DNA from: Laetmonice hystrix
Lineage: Eukaryota
Assembly (NCBI GenBank): GCA_965235115.1
Contig: OZ249436.1
Location: 23,500,001 to 23,564,000, forward strand
Direction of reading: 5' to 3'
DNA: 64,000 nt
In this document: positions 61,815-64,000 of the stretch, in pieces
Layout: every line of letters starts with the position of its first letter
How positions within the stretch are numbered: position 1 is the first letter of the stretch
The notes under the pieces: model-generated
Told to the model about the DNA's origin: nothing
The model's input: the letters and a program-made list of their open reading frames with translations, nothing else
Database searches by the model: none
Translations under genes and position numbers: made by a program

Positions 61815-61989
61815 CAGTCAGACCCTGTTTATCCGAACAGCTTGGTGCCCATTAAAATGTGTTCGGATTGTGAAATATATGGATTACTGAATCATTTTAA
61901 ATAGAAAATGGTAGAAGAGGTTACCAGAAAGTGTGTTCGGATTGTGAGGTATACGGATTACAGAAGCACGGATTAACGAGGACTGACTG
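61815..61989. mobile_element. pogo/Tigger-like MITE (175 bp), copy 2
   Basis: TA|CAGTCAGACC ... GACTGACTG|TA. Confidence 0.8.
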
Positions 61990-62189
61990 TACTTCGTTTG
62001 GCCATATTCACTACCAGGGTTTATTCGAACATAGTTGAATGCCAACAGTTAAAAACTAGCATAACAGATCGCAAAGCGATACTGGGATCCCATTCACCTC
62101 GAGCATTGCTTTTGCAATGGGGTAAGTATGTGGGTGAATCTTTCTGCATACAAGTTCCCTGTCAAGGTAGATCAGATTAAAAATAACTT

Positions 62190-63330
62190 TAACCATTTTC
62201 AAGTAATATGGCTGAGAAAATGCTGTATACATCGTAATATCATAGGTCACATGACCTGAACAAAATAATGGTGTGACACAAAAGAGCATATAATACTTTC
62301 TAGTATAATATTAATGTTTGATAATAACATATGCCTCTAAAACCAACAATTTACCAGTTACAACCCTGGAAAAATATAGGTGACGTCGTTATGACGTCAT
62401 ACGTCATGTGACCTCAAAAATACAGGTGCATAATGAAAGACCATCGATGAGTTTCTATTAGTGTACTGTTTAATGGTAACTCTAGCTCTATCTTTAACCA
62501 TTGACAAGTTATAGCACTGAGAAAATATCAATAACATCCTTTTTTAGCCCTTACAAACTATAGGGTACCTCCCTGTGGTTTTAATAAGTAACAGTTCAAT
62601 CCAGCATGAGCATGTCAGAAAGTATGGCTTTGTGGCTTCCATCGGAAGGGTCCGGGGTTCAATCCCGGGACAAGTCACTTTTTTTTTTATTGTTTTTCCC
62701 TCTCCAAATTTTTAAAAATGGTCACGTGACCTAAAAAAAATCTATAATAAAAGAGCTTCCTATCTGTCTTCAATAGTCACTTAAGGCCTATCTGGCTCTG
62801 TTTCTAACATATTGCCATGAATGTGTGAATTGACCCATGTACCAAATTTCAAGGGCTCATGTTTGGCTTTAACTTCACCCATTTACAAATTACAGCCCTC
62901 ACAAAGTATAGGTTCACTGCCTGTGGTAATCAGCACCATTTCAATCCAGTTTGAGCATGTCAGACAGTGTGGCTTGGTGGCAAGATGTGTGACTACCATG
63001 GAAAGGACCTGAGTTCAATCCCGGGTCTGGTCACGTTATTAATTTTTTTGATTTTTCCAGTCTAATTTTAAAAAATGGTCACGTGACCTAAAAATTATAT
63101 AATAGAACAGCATAATATATGAATTCCTATCTGTCTTCAATAGTAACTTAAGGTCTATCTGGCTCTGTTTCTAAGATATTGCCATGAATGTGTTAATTGA
63201 CCCACGTACCAAAGTTCAAGGGCTCATATTTAGGTCAAAATGGGGGAGATCAAAATTCTGTGTCCGTAACTTTTTGAAACTCCCCATGTAGTCTCCCTAA
63301 ACTCAATTTTGACTCAATTCGACTAAAGTT
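62190..63330. repeat. Related copies of the ~140-bp unit interleaved with tRNA-like fragments
   Basis: Same TGACGTCAT/GGTCACGTGACCTAAAA motifs; internal duplication ~62700-62870 vs ~63050-63230. Confidence 0.65.
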
Positions 63331-64000
63331 CTGGAGCGTGAAGTTGCAACTTCATCCATCTATTTTAGATATGATCTTAATACCGCTTCAATTGTGAGTC
63401 TCAATAGCTGAATGTGTAATATACCCGTCAAACATGCTGTAGATCATGGGTTCGTATCCCACTATGTAAAAGTATTTTTTATCAGATACTTTTCGTATTG
63501 TAAATGTCCAAATGCAAATTTTCATTTTTAGTAAAACTATTGAGCTATATATATTTTTTTTTCAATTTGATGGTCACTCATAGGACCTAAAAGAGGGGCT
63601 CTGTGACCCTTTCACAAGAAATCAATTATATCTCTTGCGGTTTTCAACAGATCTTTATGAAACTAGTTGTGCTTTTAAAGCAGTTAGGATGTTGACCCAA
63701 ATTTTAGCACACAATATTATTGAACTACATATTATTCTGAAAACCAACCCCACAGCTGAACGCTGACTCACTCCTTCCAATGAGTTCCCATACACTGTGG
63801 GGTTTAGCCCAATATGGTTTAAATATGTTGATATAAGTTACGTGACCTAAAAGTTTCACTATTTCAAGGGCTCTGACCACACAACTGAGTGCAAGTAAAA
63901 TATGTGGGCTGGTTCCTTAGTATATTTTTTTACCAATATGTTACTGATGAATTTTGACCTTCGTAAGGACTGGGTCACAGGTCACATCTCAGATAAATGT

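Overview
Animal (invertebrate, probably marine) genomic DNA, not prokaryotic. The window lies inside one large + strand gene. I can splice 11 exons (about 2,017 nt, about 672 codons, open at both window ends) encoding two von Willebrand factor A (vWA) domains followed by a Gly-X-Y collagen helix. The protein is unusual: one Lys in about 672 aa, frequent Thr in the Y position, and phase-1 helix exons sized in multiples of 36 nt. About 97% of the window is intron, largely filled with nested transposons. These include a full-length but disrupted BEL/Pao LTR retrotransposon (9722-16662), a DIRS1-type tyrosine-recombinase retroelement with intact ITR/ICR ends (46936-59724, - strand) carrying a CR1 LINE, a solo LTR, and many Kolobok-, Harbinger-, hAT-, Tc1/mariner-, piggyBac- and Sola-like non-autonomous elements plus satellites. 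The most notable observation is that the BEL element has no tRNA-type primer-binding site. The 11 nt abutting its 5' LTR are instead the exact complement of an 11-mer inside its own LTR, the geometry of Tf1-style self-priming. All coordinates were read by eye, and superfamily labels rest on TIR/TSD signatures only.
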